Below are positions 1 to 14,100 of a DNA stretch of 64,000 nucleotides, piece by piece. The position numbers and the translations under genes were made by a program. The stretch comes from Candidatus Krumholzibacteriota bacterium (GTDB lineage Bacteria > Krumholzibacteriota > Krumholzibacteriia > JAJRXK01), in contig CAVSGG010000006.1 in assembly GCA_963727455.1 (NCBI GenBank), positions 1 to 64,000 on the forward strand. The letters are read 5' to 3'. The notes under the pieces were generated by a model, which saw only the letters and a list, made by a program, of their open reading frames with translations, was not told the origin of the DNA and did not search any database. Numbering within the stretch: the first letter of the stretch is position 1; each line of letters begins with the position of its first letter.

Positions 1-2
1 AC

Positions 3-950
3 GCTTCGGTAGCCGAGGAAGACAACGACGGCGGCGGTCCCATGCACATCATGAAGCACGAGCTTGCGGGTGCTCCCCTGGAGTTGGTTCCGGACGCGGT
101 CATTCTCACCGAGGGTACCGGCGATTCCAGCAAGGGTGCGGTGGGCATCTATCGCGGTCAGCGCGGACGCATGCAGATCGAGGTCACGGTCGTGGGCAAG
201 AGCTGTCACGGTTCGATGCCGTGGGAGGGGCGCAATCCACTGGAATTCTCCGCGGCCATCATCATGGAGGCCACTAAGCAGGCCGCTGCGGGCGAAGGAT
301 TCAAGGAGGACGCGTTCCTGGGACCCGGCACGCGGACGGCGAGCTGGGCCGTGCTCGACACTCCGAGCGACTGTGCAGTTCCCGAACGTTTCGTCTTCCG
401 TTTCGATCGGCGTCTCACAGCGGGCGAAGATCCGCAGGAGGCTCTGCGCGCCGTCGAGAAGCTGAAAGCAGTGGCAGCCGCACGAGAGGCCGGACTCACA
501 GTGGAAGTGAAAGCTCCCCGCTACACCCAGCCCACCTGGAAGGGCACGCTGCCCGACAATGCACAGATCTATCCCGGTTGGGTGACCCCGGCCGAACATC
601 CCGCCATCGAAACCGCCGCGGAGAGCTACCGTTTGACGGTGACTCCATTTCTTCAGGACGGAAAGGGCGGTCAGCCGCGCAAGGAAGCTCGCGTGGATCG
701 TTGGATCTTTTCCACCGATGGGGTGGGGATGGTGGTGGAAGCCGAAAGCAGCGGTATCGAGCACATCGACGCGAAGAACTGGGTGCGCGTGGGACGCTAC
801 GCCCATCCTCCGCTCTTCGGGATCGGGCCGGGCATCGAGCAAAACACCCACAAGATCGGCGAGTGCATGGACAGCCGGGAGTTCGACGTGGCCATCGCGG
901 TCATGGCGCGCTTTCCCAGCCTCTATCGCAAGAGGACGCGCGGCAGCTGA
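3..950 (+). CDS. M20-family metallo-hydrolase, YgeY-like (5'-partial)
   Basis: Frame is open from the window edge (ASVAEEDNDG, the M20 'EE' motif). Also has GKSCHGSMPWEG, FSTDGVG and C-terminal GPG..H motifs, and lies next to ssnA/xdh-type genes. Confidence 0.75.
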   Translation, partial: ASVAEEDNDGGGPMHIMKHELAGAPLELVPDAVILTEGTGDSSKGAVGIYRGQRGRMQIEVTVVGKSCHGSMPWEGRNPLEFSAAIIMEATKQAAAGEGFKEDAFLGPGTRTASWAVLDTPSDCAVPERFVFRFDRRLTAGEDPQEALRAVEKLKAVAAAREAGLTVEVKAPRYTQPTWKGTLPDNAQIYPGWVTPAEHPAIETAAESYRLTVTPFLQDGKGGQPRKEARVDRWIFSTDGVGMVVEAESSGIEHIDAKNWVRVGRYAHPPLFGIGPGIEQNTHKIGECMDSREFDVAIAVMARFPSLYRKRTRGS

Positions 951-1012
951 GAGTTTTTCAAAGGCCCGTGCGCTCTCTGCGGCCGATGCGTGTCTCAGTA
1001 GCGGATAGGCTC

Positions 1013-2493
1013 TCAGCGCTTGATGCCGGTGAACAGGATCGCGGTGTTGCCCGTGATCGGTGTGGTGGAATCGCGCAGCAAACTCAAGAGGCCCGCCAGC
1101 CCCGAACTTCCGGTTACGCTCACGTCGATCGATGTCGCTCTCGCGCGCCATCTTGTTGGCGCGCCGCAGCGTGAGTTCGTCGGTTACCACCGGAATGCCT
1201 CCGCTATTGGCCATCGCTTTCAGCAGAGCCCACCAGTCGTAGGTTTCGTCGTCCAGGATCCCGCTGGCGATCGAACGGGGAGTGCTCTCCCAGGGCCACA
1301 TGAATTCTCGGCGATGCACGGCGGCGTACTGGAGCTCCTCGTCGAGGTGCTCTTTGTGATGCGTCGCGCTCAAGAGCTCGGCGGCTTCCTCGTCGTCCGC
1401 TGGGGTCTCGCTCAAACGTTCCGCCATGCGTTCGACCAGATTTTCCCAGGCACGGCGCAGCGGGATATCCTCCGTCGGTCTGCACGGTGTGCATGCGGGG
1501 GAGCTGCAGGGCCTCCTGGCGAGAATGGCTGCCCTCGGCCGCGGCTTTGCGGGCCGCGATCTCGAAAAGGGCCTGGAAGATACTGCTGGCCAGCGCGCCG
1601 CCTCCCACCTGAACCATGATGTGCTGCAAACTCTCCTGCCGGCTGGACAAAGCACCCGCGATTTCGTAGCCCAAGCCGAGGCCGCCTTCGACGGTCATGC
1701 CGTTGTCCGGGCCCTGACAGCCGAAGGGAATCGCGCCCTCGTCCACCGCTTCGTGGAAACTCTGCACGCAGGGATCGCCCTTCATTCCCTTTTCACGGGG
1801 GCAGACTTGAATCTCGGCCTGCAGAGCGCGCATCTGCGCCAGGACCGACTCGTCGGCTTCGGTGGGCACGAAAACCAAGAGACGCCACTGCATGGCGCGG
1901 GCGACGACGGCAGCCGCCAGGGCGGCGTTGCCGCAGGAGGCAATCGCCAAAGGAGGTCGTTTGGAGAAGGGCAAGAGCCCGAGTTTTTCCGCCACGCTCA
2001 GCCAAATCGCGATTCCCATGAGATGACGGGCCTTGTGCGAACCGGAGACGTTGTGGGTTTCGTCCTTCACCCACAATGCGCCTCTCTCGTAGCGCGCGGC
2101 GCTCGCCAGCGCTTCCTGCACGGCGAAGGGAGTTTCCAAAAAGCCCGTGCCCGCTTGGCCCAGGCGCGTCATGCCGTCCGCTTCCGCCACCCGAGCGTCG
2201 AGATCCTTGACCAGCGCGAGGTAGTCCTCATCGCTCATGCCCGAAGCGAGCGCCACCCGGTAGGCATGAAAAGCGCGGCGATAGCGCAGGTAGGGATTGG
2301 GCTCGGAATGGCTGAGCAATTCGAGCAGAGAGTCTTCGCCGCCGCCGCCGACGCGTTCCAGCTTCAGATGCCGCACGAGCACATGATCGCGCCCGTCGCC
2401 GCGATGAGGACAGGAAAAGGGGAACGGTTCGCGCGCGGGAATCTCATAGCCGCAGCCCGAACACACGAAGCGAGTGGCCAATGGGCTTGCCAC
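1013..2493 (-). CDS. Threonine-synthase-like PLP-dependent (fold II) enzyme with N-terminal Cys-x2-Cys motif; frameshifted near 1450 and near 1110
   Basis: VKDETHNVSGSHKAR (PLP Lys), ASCGNAA, VQVGGGALAS. The C-terminus (GILDDETYDW...AILFTGIKR*) is in other frames and ends at TGA 1013-1015. Confidence 0.75.
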
Positions 2494-2509
2494 CGAATTC
2501 TCCTTTGGC

Positions 2510-4009
<1,500 letters not shown>

Positions 4010-4102
4010 GACGGCTCCTTCTTCCTTCCGAGCGCGGACGAATCTGACAAAAGTTGGCGTTGAAGCTACAACCTTCGCGCCCGCTGAAACAGAAAATCCT
4101 CG

Positions 4103-5113
4103 TTATTGCGCGCGCATTCGCTCCCAGAGGCGCTGCGCCTCCTCCTCGGCCTCCGCGCGGATCGACTCCACATCGACTCCCTTCGGCAGGGAATGCGCGG
4201 CGTCGTTCGCGCCGAGTTCCCCGGCGAATCTCTCGGCGATGAGGTGCCAGCCGTTGGCCAGGCGTTCGCCGACGCGCTCGCTCGTTTTCTCGACGTATGC
4301 GGCCTCTTCAAGCAGGATGCGCTGCTCTTCGGCCATGTCCGAGGGAAAGCCATCGGTGCCCAGCGCCACGCGGGAGCTAGCGCTCAGGGCCTTCGGATAG
4401 CCCACGCCGTTGGCCTTGTTCGAGCGCGGGTTCTGCACCAGCCATAGCTCGCGTTCCGCGCAGCGCTGCACCTGCTCGCGATCGAGATGGACGCCGTGGG
4501 CCAGGATCGAGGCCTTCGGTAGGCAGCGAAAGTGCAAGAGGCGAGCGAGGGGTCCCGGCCAGCCGCGATGCTGCGCATCCTCGACGTCTTCGAGTCCCTC
4601 GGCCAGATGCACGTGCAACACGGTGGAAAACTCGCGGCAGAGTTGTCCCGCCTCCAAAAGGAGTTCGTCGCTCACCGTGAAGGAGGCGTGCAGTCCTACG
4701 CAGCCTTTTACCAAGGGCCGGTCGTTCTCCTTCAGGAAGCGACGGCACTCGGCCAGGCCGGCGCGGCCCTCCGCGAGTCCCCCGTTGCGCTCGGTGGCGC
4801 CGTAGCACAGCACAGCGCGCATGCCCATCTCCTGGCAGGCGTCGGCCAGAACATCGAGCGAGCCCTCGATGAAGTTGGGCGACTCGTGGTGATCGACGAG
4901 CGCGGCGGTGCCCGCCAGCTTTGCCTGGCTCAGGTAGTAGCGCGCGCTCGCGCGCAGGCTCTTTTCGTCCAAGGCGCGGTCCAGCTTCCACCATACCGAT
5001 TGCAGAATTTGCAGGAAGCTCTTGGGCTCGGGTTCGGGTGCGGGCATGCCCAAGGGCGCCAGTCCGCTGTAGAGATGGGTGTGCGCGTTGACCTGGCCGC
5101 GGCGATCGTTCAT
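4103..5113 (-). CDS. SsnA-like metal-dependent amidohydrolase
   Basis: NAHTHLYS (HxH), GLHASFT, HVHLAEG, AHGVH and LGTDG metal-ligand motifs; GGAGG RBS. Confidence 0.8.
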   Translation of the reverse strand: MNDRRGQVNAHTHLYSGLAPLGMPAPEPEPKSFLQILQSVWWKLDRALDEKSLRASARYYLSQAKLAGTAALVDHHESPNFIEGSLDVLADACQEMGMRAVLCYGATERNGGLAEGRAGLAECRRFLKENDRPLVKGCVGLHASFTVSDELLLEAGQLCREFSTVLHVHLAEGLEDVEDAQHRGWPGPLARLLHFRCLPKASILAHGVHLDREQVQRCAERELWLVQNPRSNKANGVGYPKALSASSRVALGTDGFPSDMAEEQRILLEEAAYVEKTSERVGERLANGWHLIAERFAGELGANDAAHSLPKGVDVESIRAEAEEEAQRLWERMRAQ

Positions 5114-5138
5114 GGGAACCTCCAGCGCGCGAAGACTC

Positions 5139-7783
<2,645 letters not shown>

Positions 7784-7951
7784 AACGGGTGCTCCTGTCG
7801 GGGGTGCGGGATGCGGTGGAAAGCTAGCTCAGCCGGTGCAGCTCGTATCCTACCATTTTAGGATGCTTGGGCGCTGGCGTCGAGAGCGCGTGGTTGCCTT
7901 TGGGGAAGTGCGTCCTCTAGACTCGCTCCATTCCCTGGGTGGAGGTCTCAG

Positions 7952-8335
7952 ATGTTCAAATTGGCAATATTCTCCGCGGTGGCGGTGCTCGTGTGCGCCT
8001 GCGGCGGCGGCATCAACTCCTACGAGGACGGCGTCAAGGCGGAGGCCAAGATCATGAACGAGATCGTCAAGGTCCTCGAATCGGTCGACGACGAGGAGTC
8101 CGCGGACGCCGCCGCAGGCAGAATCGAAGAGTTGGGCAATGAATTCGCGGATCTCGCCAAGCAAATCGCCAAGCTTCCGCCGCCCAGCCAAGACGAAATT
8201 CAGAGAATTTCGCGCAAGCAGAACGCCTACACGCAGGAATTTCAGAAGAAGATCGTGCCGCAGATGATGAAGTTCGCCAAGTACCCCGTTCTCTCCGATG
8301 CGTGGTCGAAGGCGATGGCCGAGGTGCAGCCGTAG
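7952..8335 (+). CDS. Hypothetical lipoprotein
   Basis: GGAGG RBS; signal peptide ending in lipobox-like VCAC-GG; helical body. Confidence 0.7.
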   Translation: MFKLAIFSAVAVLVCACGGGINSYEDGVKAEAKIMNEIVKVLESVDDEESADAAAGRIEELGNEFADLAKQIAKLPPPSQDEIQRISRKQNAYTQEFQKKIVPQMMKFAKYPVLSDAWSKAMAEVQP

Positions 8336-8379
8336 GCTCGTGCTTCCGCGGGGCTGCAATCTAAGCTCGAGATGGTACT

Positions 8380-9540
8380 TCAGCGAGGCTGGAACTGCGC
8401 TTTGAGCCCACCGAAGCTCGTGGACCGAGCTGGCAGCGGCTGATCCGCAAATGGTACGAACTTCACCTCAATGTTGTACTTGGGATCGTCGTGTACATCT
8501 CGAATCCAAGCCGCGATCTGTGTGGAGTCCGCGGTGCCCCACCAGTTGTTGGTGAGGTCCAGGGTGTAGTTGGGGCTGTCATAGCTGTTGATCTTTACGG
8601 TGTACTCCGCCGCATTTAGAATGTGATTTTCATGAAGTACTACGGATTGTGCGCTGAAATATAGCGTTACATCCTCTCCTCCTCCAAAAATGTTGCGGGT
8701 AGCAGTCACCGACCCACCGTTTACTTGGAGGTTGCTCAGCGGAGTCAGACCCATGACATTGCCGGAAATGTCTGCACTGGAATCCAAAATGGCCATTCCT
8801 CCGGCGGCAAAAGTGTTGTTCTGGATTGTACCGTCCGTGCCGAACTGGAACTGGAGGTAAGCATCTCCAACGAAGTCACAGTTCGTGACCAAGACATTGT
8901 GCGCAGCGGAGATGTTGACCCCGCCTGGCGACTGCGCCCCTGGAAAAGGCACATAAGCCTCGAAATGACATTTGTTCAGGACTACGCGAGTACCCTGAAG
9001 ATAGCAGGCCACGCTCCAGCCAGGGCTGTCGTAGACTTCGCACCTGGTAAAGGTGTGGTTTGCGTCTGTGATGATGATGAAGCCATCTTCACAGTCCCGA
9101 AGGACGCAATCGCTTGCATCTGCAGCCGTCTCAAACCTGATTCCATCCACGACATTCTCTACCGTTAGATTTTCCACGTTCAGGCCGCTACCTTGCTGCG
9201 AAGTGGCAATCCCCTGTGGCTCGTTCGAGTTGATCTTGGTAAACACGGGCGGACCGACGATTACTCCATCTCGGTCAGTTCCGCGTAGCGTGATGTTCGG
9301 GGTATCGACCACCACATAGGTGTCCGCGGTGATCGCGCCGTAGTCGAAGGGGGCATGCTCTGTATAGCGGCCTGGGCCCACTATTACGGTATCGCCAGAA
9401 GTACACGAATTGAGCGCGTCTTGAATGACCGTGAAGTCCCCACTCCCGTCCTTCTCTACCTGCCAGGTCTTCGCAAGAGCGGCGCGGGAATCGACGAGGG
9501 TCAGAGCCACGGCCAAGGCGAAGAGAAGAACAAGGGCCAA
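8380..9540 (-). CDS. Secreted right-handed beta-helix (pectin-lyase-like) protein with C-terminal S[WF]GxxK motif; true start may be GTG near 9629 via a frameshift
   Basis: VEKDGSGDFTVIQDAL...GDTVIVGPGRY N-terminus, repeated parallel beta-helix pattern, NNWWG motif, tail PARSTSFGGLKAQF. Confidence 0.8.
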   Translation of the reverse strand: MALVLLFALAVALTLVDSRAALAKTWQVEKDGSGDFTVIQDALNSCTSGDTVIVGPGRYTEHAPFDYGAITADTYVVVDTPNITLRGTDRDGVIVGPPVFTKINSNEPQGIATSQQGSGLNVENLTVENVVDGIRFETAADASDCVLRDCEDGFIIITDANHTFTRCEVYDSPGWSVACYLQGTRVVLNKCHFEAYVPFPGAQSPGGVNISAAHNVLVTNCDFVGDAYLQFQFGTDGTIQNNTFAAGGMAILDSSADISGNVMGLTPLSNLQVNGGSVTATRNIFGGGEDVTLYFSAQSVVLHENHILNAAEYTVKINSYDSPNYTLDLTNNWWGTADSTQIAAWIRDVHDDPKYNIEVKFVPFADQPLPARSTSFGGLKAQFQPR

Positions 9541-9719
9541 AGAGGATCCGGAGAAAGATCCGGAGAAAGAGCTCCGCTTGAGAACAGTGATCCGGAGAAA
9601 GATCGGCTGCTGGAGAGCAGGGCTTTCACCGATAGGTTTAAACCATCCCAGTATCGTGCCCGGCCCCGTTCATTGCATCGTCTTCCCCGTTTTCCGCGGC
9701 GGCCTCTTCCCGACCCGTT

Positions 9720-10094
9720 GTGGACCCGGCTCCACGGAATCGCAATGCGATTTGTATACCCGGGTACACTCGTCCAGGTACCAAGTTGTGTCGCCGGCAA
9801 CAAAAGTCCGTACTCACATTGTGTACCCGGGTACACAGCTGGAGTCGTCTACCCGGTACCCAGCACGAGTCACGCTGGACTCCAATGAACTCGTCAAAAA
9901 CGACGATTTAGCTCCCCGAATGTGTCGAGGTTCGCAATTTTCTAGCCGGCTATAAAATTGAAGACATTGGAATGAAATCAGTTAGGGAAATCAAACGTGT
10001 CTACCCGGGTCCACAAGTCAAGTTCTGGGCTATTGTCGCCGGCGCTAAGAGTCCGCACCCACATTTGTCTACCCGGGTACACAGCTCGGGTCGT
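9720..10094. repeat. Array of six 16-bp palindromes, consensus GTNKACCCGGGTMCAC; four lie inside two ~97-bp imperfect direct repeats
   Basis: Copies start at 9720, 9754, 9821 (perfect 18-bp palindrome 9820-9837), 9847 (degenerate), 9999 and 10067. Direct repeats span about 9752-9848 and 9997-10094. Confidence 0.85.
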
Positions 10095-10155
10095 ACTTGC
10101 CACATCGGGTCGGAAATTCTCTGGGCGCACCTGTCCATCCGGCTCCCCGGCGGCC

Positions 10156-11065
10156 CTACCCGTTCAACATCCGCCGCAGTACGCGGCCCAGGGCGAAGAG
10201 CCGGTAGTGCGCCGTGCTGCGGATGTCGTCGATGGGAGTGACCTCGGCGCAGGCCGCGTTTGCTGCCTCCACGGCCGTGTCGATCCCCACCGGCGCGCCC
10301 TCACACACCGCTTCGGCCGCGCGCAAGCGCACAGGGGTGGGGGCCACGCTGCCAGCCGCGATGCGCACTTGCGACCAGCGTTCTTCCTCGTCCTTCGCGT
10401 CGGGAATCGGGCCGCGCTCCGCGCACAGCGCCAGCACCACCTTGGAGATCGCCTGCGCACGTCGCGTGCCCACCTTCTTGAAGCGCTGATAGGACGGAAC
10501 CGGCGGCAGCAGCACCGCGCTCAACAACTCCCCCGGCTTCAGCACCGTGGCGCGGTATCCGGTATAGAAGGAGTCGTAGGCGACCCGGCGCATTCCATCG
10601 AGTCCCGCGATTTCCACTTCGGCGTTGAAGGCCAAGAGCACCGGCAGGCTGTCGCCGGCGGGCGAGGCGTTGACCACGTTGCCGCCCACCGTGGCGCGAT
10701 TCTGAATTTGGCGGCCGCCGATCTGCGACGCGGCCTCGGCGAGGATGGGATAGTGCTCGCGCACCAGATGGGTGCTCGCGGATCTGCGAGAAGCTGGTGG
10801 TGGCGCCGATGCGAAGCCCCTTGAAGCTCCTGGCCGAACCGCGCGCCGAACCCGACGCAGCGTGCAACTCTTCACCCTCTTCAAGCTCCCGAATCCCGCG
10901 CAGCTCCTTGACTCGCAGAAGGTCGAGCACGCCCACTTGCTCCAGGCGTTCGACGGCGCCGCGCACCATCCAGTCGGTGCATCCGGACAAGGGCCGCAGC
11001 GTGGGATCTTCGCGCAAGCGTTCCAGCGCGCTCTTCAGGCTGGTGGGGGAGAAGACCTCGCTCAT
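10156..11065 (-). CDS. Xanthine dehydrogenase family FAD-binding subunit (frameshift near 10770)
   Basis: MSEVFSPTSL...GCTDW, IGATT, IGGRQIQNRATVGGN, ASPAGD, KVGTRRAQAIS, PIDDIRSTAHYR. Confidence 0.85.
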
Positions 11066-11625
11066 CGGCGTTCCCCCTTCGTGCCTTCGGGCCGCGCCTT
11101 GCCATGGGCATCGCCCGCCGGCCGGGTCGCTCCCGCGCCCTCGGCTGCGCTGGTGTCGAAGCCCCCGAGCACCGCTTCCGGTTCCTCCTGCAGGGCGCGC
11201 AGGATGGCTTCGTAGCCGGTGCAGCGGCAGATGTTGCCGGCCAGTGCCTGCGCGATCGTCTCGCGCGAATTGGAATGCGAAGTCTCCAAGAGCTGCGCCG
11301 CGGAAAGCACGATGCCCGGGGTGCAGGCGCCGCACTGCGCGCCGCCGGCCTGGACGAAGCGCTCGAGATAGGCTTGGCCCTCGGCGGACTGCGCGATCGC
11401 TTCCACCGTGACCACTTCGCGCCCATCCGCCTGCATCAGAGGTGTCAGGCACGAGAGCACGGTCTCGCCGTCGAGCAGAACCGTGCAGGCGCCGCACTCG
11501 CCCTCGCCGCAACCTTCCTTGGTGCCGGTCAGTCCGAACTCTCGGCGCACCACGTCGAGCAAGCGGTCCGTGGGATTCCCTTCGGCCTCGACCATCTCCC
11601 CGTTCAATCGAAAGCGCACTCTCAT
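11062..11625 (-). CDS. Xanthine dehydrogenase family (2Fe-2S) subunit
   Basis: GTKEGCGEGECGAC, QCGACTPG, CRCTGY; 4-nt overlaps with both neighbours. Confidence 0.9.
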   Translation of the reverse strand: MRVRFRLNGEMVEAEGNPTDRLLDVVRREFGLTGTKEGCGEGECGACTVLLDGETVLSCLTPLMQADGREVVTVEAIAQSAEGQAYLERFVQAGGAQCGACTPGIVLSAAQLLETSHSNSRETIAQALAGNICRCTGYEAILRALQEEPEAVLGGFDTSAAEGAGATRPAGDAHGKARPEGTKGERR

Positions 11626-14000
11626 GACTGGTTCGCCTCCATCCTCTCCAACAATCGCTCGGGGACGGCCGGAATGGTGTCCACCACGATGCCCGTCGCG
11701 TTCTCGATGGCGGCGCACACCGCCGGCGCGGGGCCATCCATCGGCAACTCGCCCACTCCCTTGGCGCCAAAGGGCGGGCCGCCCCAGGGTTGCTCCATCA
11801 TCTCCACTTGCATCTCGGGTGCATCCAGGATGGTGGGCACGATGTAGGTGGCCATGCGGTCGTTGAGAATGCGGCCCCCGTCGAATTTGAGGTCCTCCAG
11901 CAGCGCCCAACCGATGGCCTGCAACACGCCGCCTTCGATCTGTCCGCGGCACTGCACTTCGTGCAGCACCTTGCCGACTTCGCTCACCACCGTGGCCTTC
12001 TTGGCGCCCACTTCCAGGGTGTCCGGATCGACTTCCACTTCGATGACCTGCGCGGAATACGAATAGGTGGGATAGGCCGAGCCGTGGTAGGTATCGTCGT
12101 CGAAGGTCTGCCACTGCGGCGGTTCGTTGCGCGCGGTGAATTCGCATTCGTTTCCCGCCTCGGCGTACTCGCGCGCGATTGCACAGAAGTTTCCCACTGC
12201 GCCCTTGCTTCCGAGCACCGTACTCGCTTCCACCCGCAGGGACTTCTCAGCGAGTTGCTGCTGCTTCCAGGCGAGCACGCGATCCACCAACCCGCGCGCG
12301 GCCTTGGCGCCGGTGCCGCCCACGATCATGCTGGTGCGCGAGGCCACGGTGGGGCCGGAGTCGGGCACCACCGCGGTATCCGGATCGGCCATGAGCACGT
12401 CGTCCAGTTCCAGTCCCGTCTCTTCGGCCGCCAGCATCGAGAGGGTGGAGATCGCGCCCTGCCCCATCTCGGTGGCCGCGGTGAGCAGTTCGACTTTGCC
12501 TTCAGGAGTGAGACGCGCGGTCACCGGCGAGCGCATCTTGTGCTCGCCCGAACCGGTGAAGCCGGCGCCGTGGAAGGAGAGGCTCAGGCCGATCCCACGC
12601 AACGGCGCTGCGGTTCCGGGTCCGAAGGGCAGCGTGCGCGCCTTCTCCGACTCGAGCTTCTGCCAGCGCTTGGAAAAGTCGGTGAGTGACGCGACGCGAT
12701 CCAGGACCTTCGCCGCGCTGCACGAATCGTCCATGAGCTGGCCGGTGGGCAACTTGTCGCCGGGTCGCAGCACGTTGCGGCGCCGCAGGGTCAAGGGATC
12801 GAGGCCCAGGGTGCGCGCGATGCGATCCATGTGGCGTTCCCACGCGAACTCGGATTGGGGTGCGCCGAAGCCGCGAAAGGCGCCGGTGGGCGTGGTGTTG
12901 GTGCGCAGCACGCGGCCTTCGACATGGGCATGGGGCAGACGATAGGCGCCGGTCGCGTGCAGCAAACCGCGTGAGAGCACCACTGGCGAGAGCCCCAGAT
13001 AGGCGCCGCCGTCCAGATCGAAATCGACGCGCGCGGCGACCAGTGTGCCATCGCGCTTCACCGCGCTCTGGATGCGCGTGCGCGAGGGATGGCGTTTTGT
13101 CGTGGCCACGATGTCTTCCTGCCGCTCGTAGACGATCTTGACCGGCTGCTTCGCGGCGCGCGCCAAGAGAGCGGTGTGCGCCGCGATCAGACTGGGGTAA
13201 TCCTCCTTGCCGCCGAACCCGCCGCCCATGGGACGACCGGCCACGCGCAACTGCTCGGGCTTAAGAGCGAAGACGTGTTGCAGGGCGTTCTTCACGTAGT
13301 AGGGACACTGCAGCGAACCGGTAATGTACAGACTGCCGTCGTCCTCCCAGCGCGCCATCATCCCCTGGCACTCGATGTAGATGTGTTCCTGATGCCCGCT
13401 GAAGTACTCGCCCTCGATGAAGACCAGTTCATCCGCGTCGCCATGGGCGGCGTGCGCGTCGCCATCGCCGTCACTGCGATCAACGCGCGAGCTTCTGGCA
13501 GTTCCTGCGCGCGGCTTCCCGCTCGCGAGCGCGGCGAGAATCTCGTCGGCCTCGCCCTCCACCAAGGAGAGGGTGTACATGGGATCGACGGTATCGCCGC
13601 CTGCAAAGCCCAATACCGGATCGAGTTCTTGGTACTCGACCGTGACCGCCTGCGCCGCGCGCAGAGCCGCCGCGCGCGTGGGCGCGGCCACCAGAGCCAC
13701 TGCCTCGCCCACGTGCTGCACTTCGCCCTCGGCCAGGATGGGCCAGGCGTCATCGAGAATCTGCAAACCGTTCGCCCCGGGGATGTCGCGCGCCGTGACG
13801 AACACCGCGCCCTCGGGGGCGGCCTTGGCGTCGAACTTCAGAGAGCGGATTTTCGCGCGAGCGTGAGGACTGCGCACGGTCACGCCGTGCCAGAAACCTC
13901 CGTCCGGCAAGTCGTCGAGATACTGTAGTTTGCCAGAGGTCTTGCCTTCGCCGTCGCGGCGCAGCGGAGAGCTTCCCAAGAGTGATTTTCTGTCCGGCAC
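11622..14000 (-). CDS. Xanthine dehydrogenase family molybdopterin-binding subunit
   Basis: Intact 792-aa ORF with GGGFGGKE, AFRGFGAPQ, EMGQG, GPTVASR, GQIEGG and GAKGVGE. Confidence 0.9.
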   Translation of the reverse strand: MPDRKSLLGSSPLRRDGEGKTSGKLQYLDDLPDGGFWHGVTVRSPHARAKIRSLKFDAKAAPEGAVFVTARDIPGANGLQILDDAWPILAEGEVQHVGEAVALVAAPTRAAALRAAQAVTVEYQELDPVLGFAGGDTVDPMYTLSLVEGEADEILAALASGKPRAGTARSSRVDRSDGDGDAHAAHGDADELVFIEGEYFSGHQEHIYIECQGMMARWEDDGSLYITGSLQCPYYVKNALQHVFALKPEQLRVAGRPMGGGFGGKEDYPSLIAAHTALLARAAKQPVKIVYERQEDIVATTKRHPSRTRIQSAVKRDGTLVAARVDFDLDGGAYLGLSPVVLSRGLLHATGAYRLPHAHVEGRVLRTNTTPTGAFRGFGAPQSEFAWERHMDRIARTLGLDPLTLRRRNVLRPGDKLPTGQLMDDSCSAAKVLDRVASLTDFSKRWQKLESEKARTLPFGPGTAAPLRGIGLSLSFHGAGFTGSGEHKMRSPVTARLTPEGKVELLTAATEMGQGAISTLSMLAAEETGLELDDVLMADPDTAVVPDSGPTVASRTSMIVGGTGAKAARGLVDRVLAWKQQQLAEKSLRVEASTVLGSKGAVGNFCAIAREYAEAGNECEFTARNEPPQWQTFDDDTYHGSAYPTYSYSAQVIEVEVDPDTLEVGAKKATVVSEVGKVLHEVQCRGQIEGGVLQAIGWALLEDLKFDGGRILNDRMATYIVPTILDAPEMQVEMMEQPWGGPPFGAKGVGELPMDGPAPAVCAAIENATGIVVDTIPAVPERLLERMEANQS

Positions 14001-14100
14001 GATTTCATCCTCCTAATTCATGGAGGATGGAACGAACCGGGCTTACAGGCAAGCCCTTCGGGCGGAAAAACGCGGCGCGTCGCATCCAACGCGCCGGATG

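Noticed and set aside
9720-10094. Possible CRISPR array
   Set aside because: Repeats are only 16 bp, spacing is irregular, the spacers resemble one another, and no cas genes are present.
14030-14062. AACGAACCGGGCTTACAG resembling the RNase P RNA 3' end
   Set aside because: The upstream sequence is xdh coding DNA and there is no GAGGAAAGTCC 5' motif; local hairpins explain the sequence.
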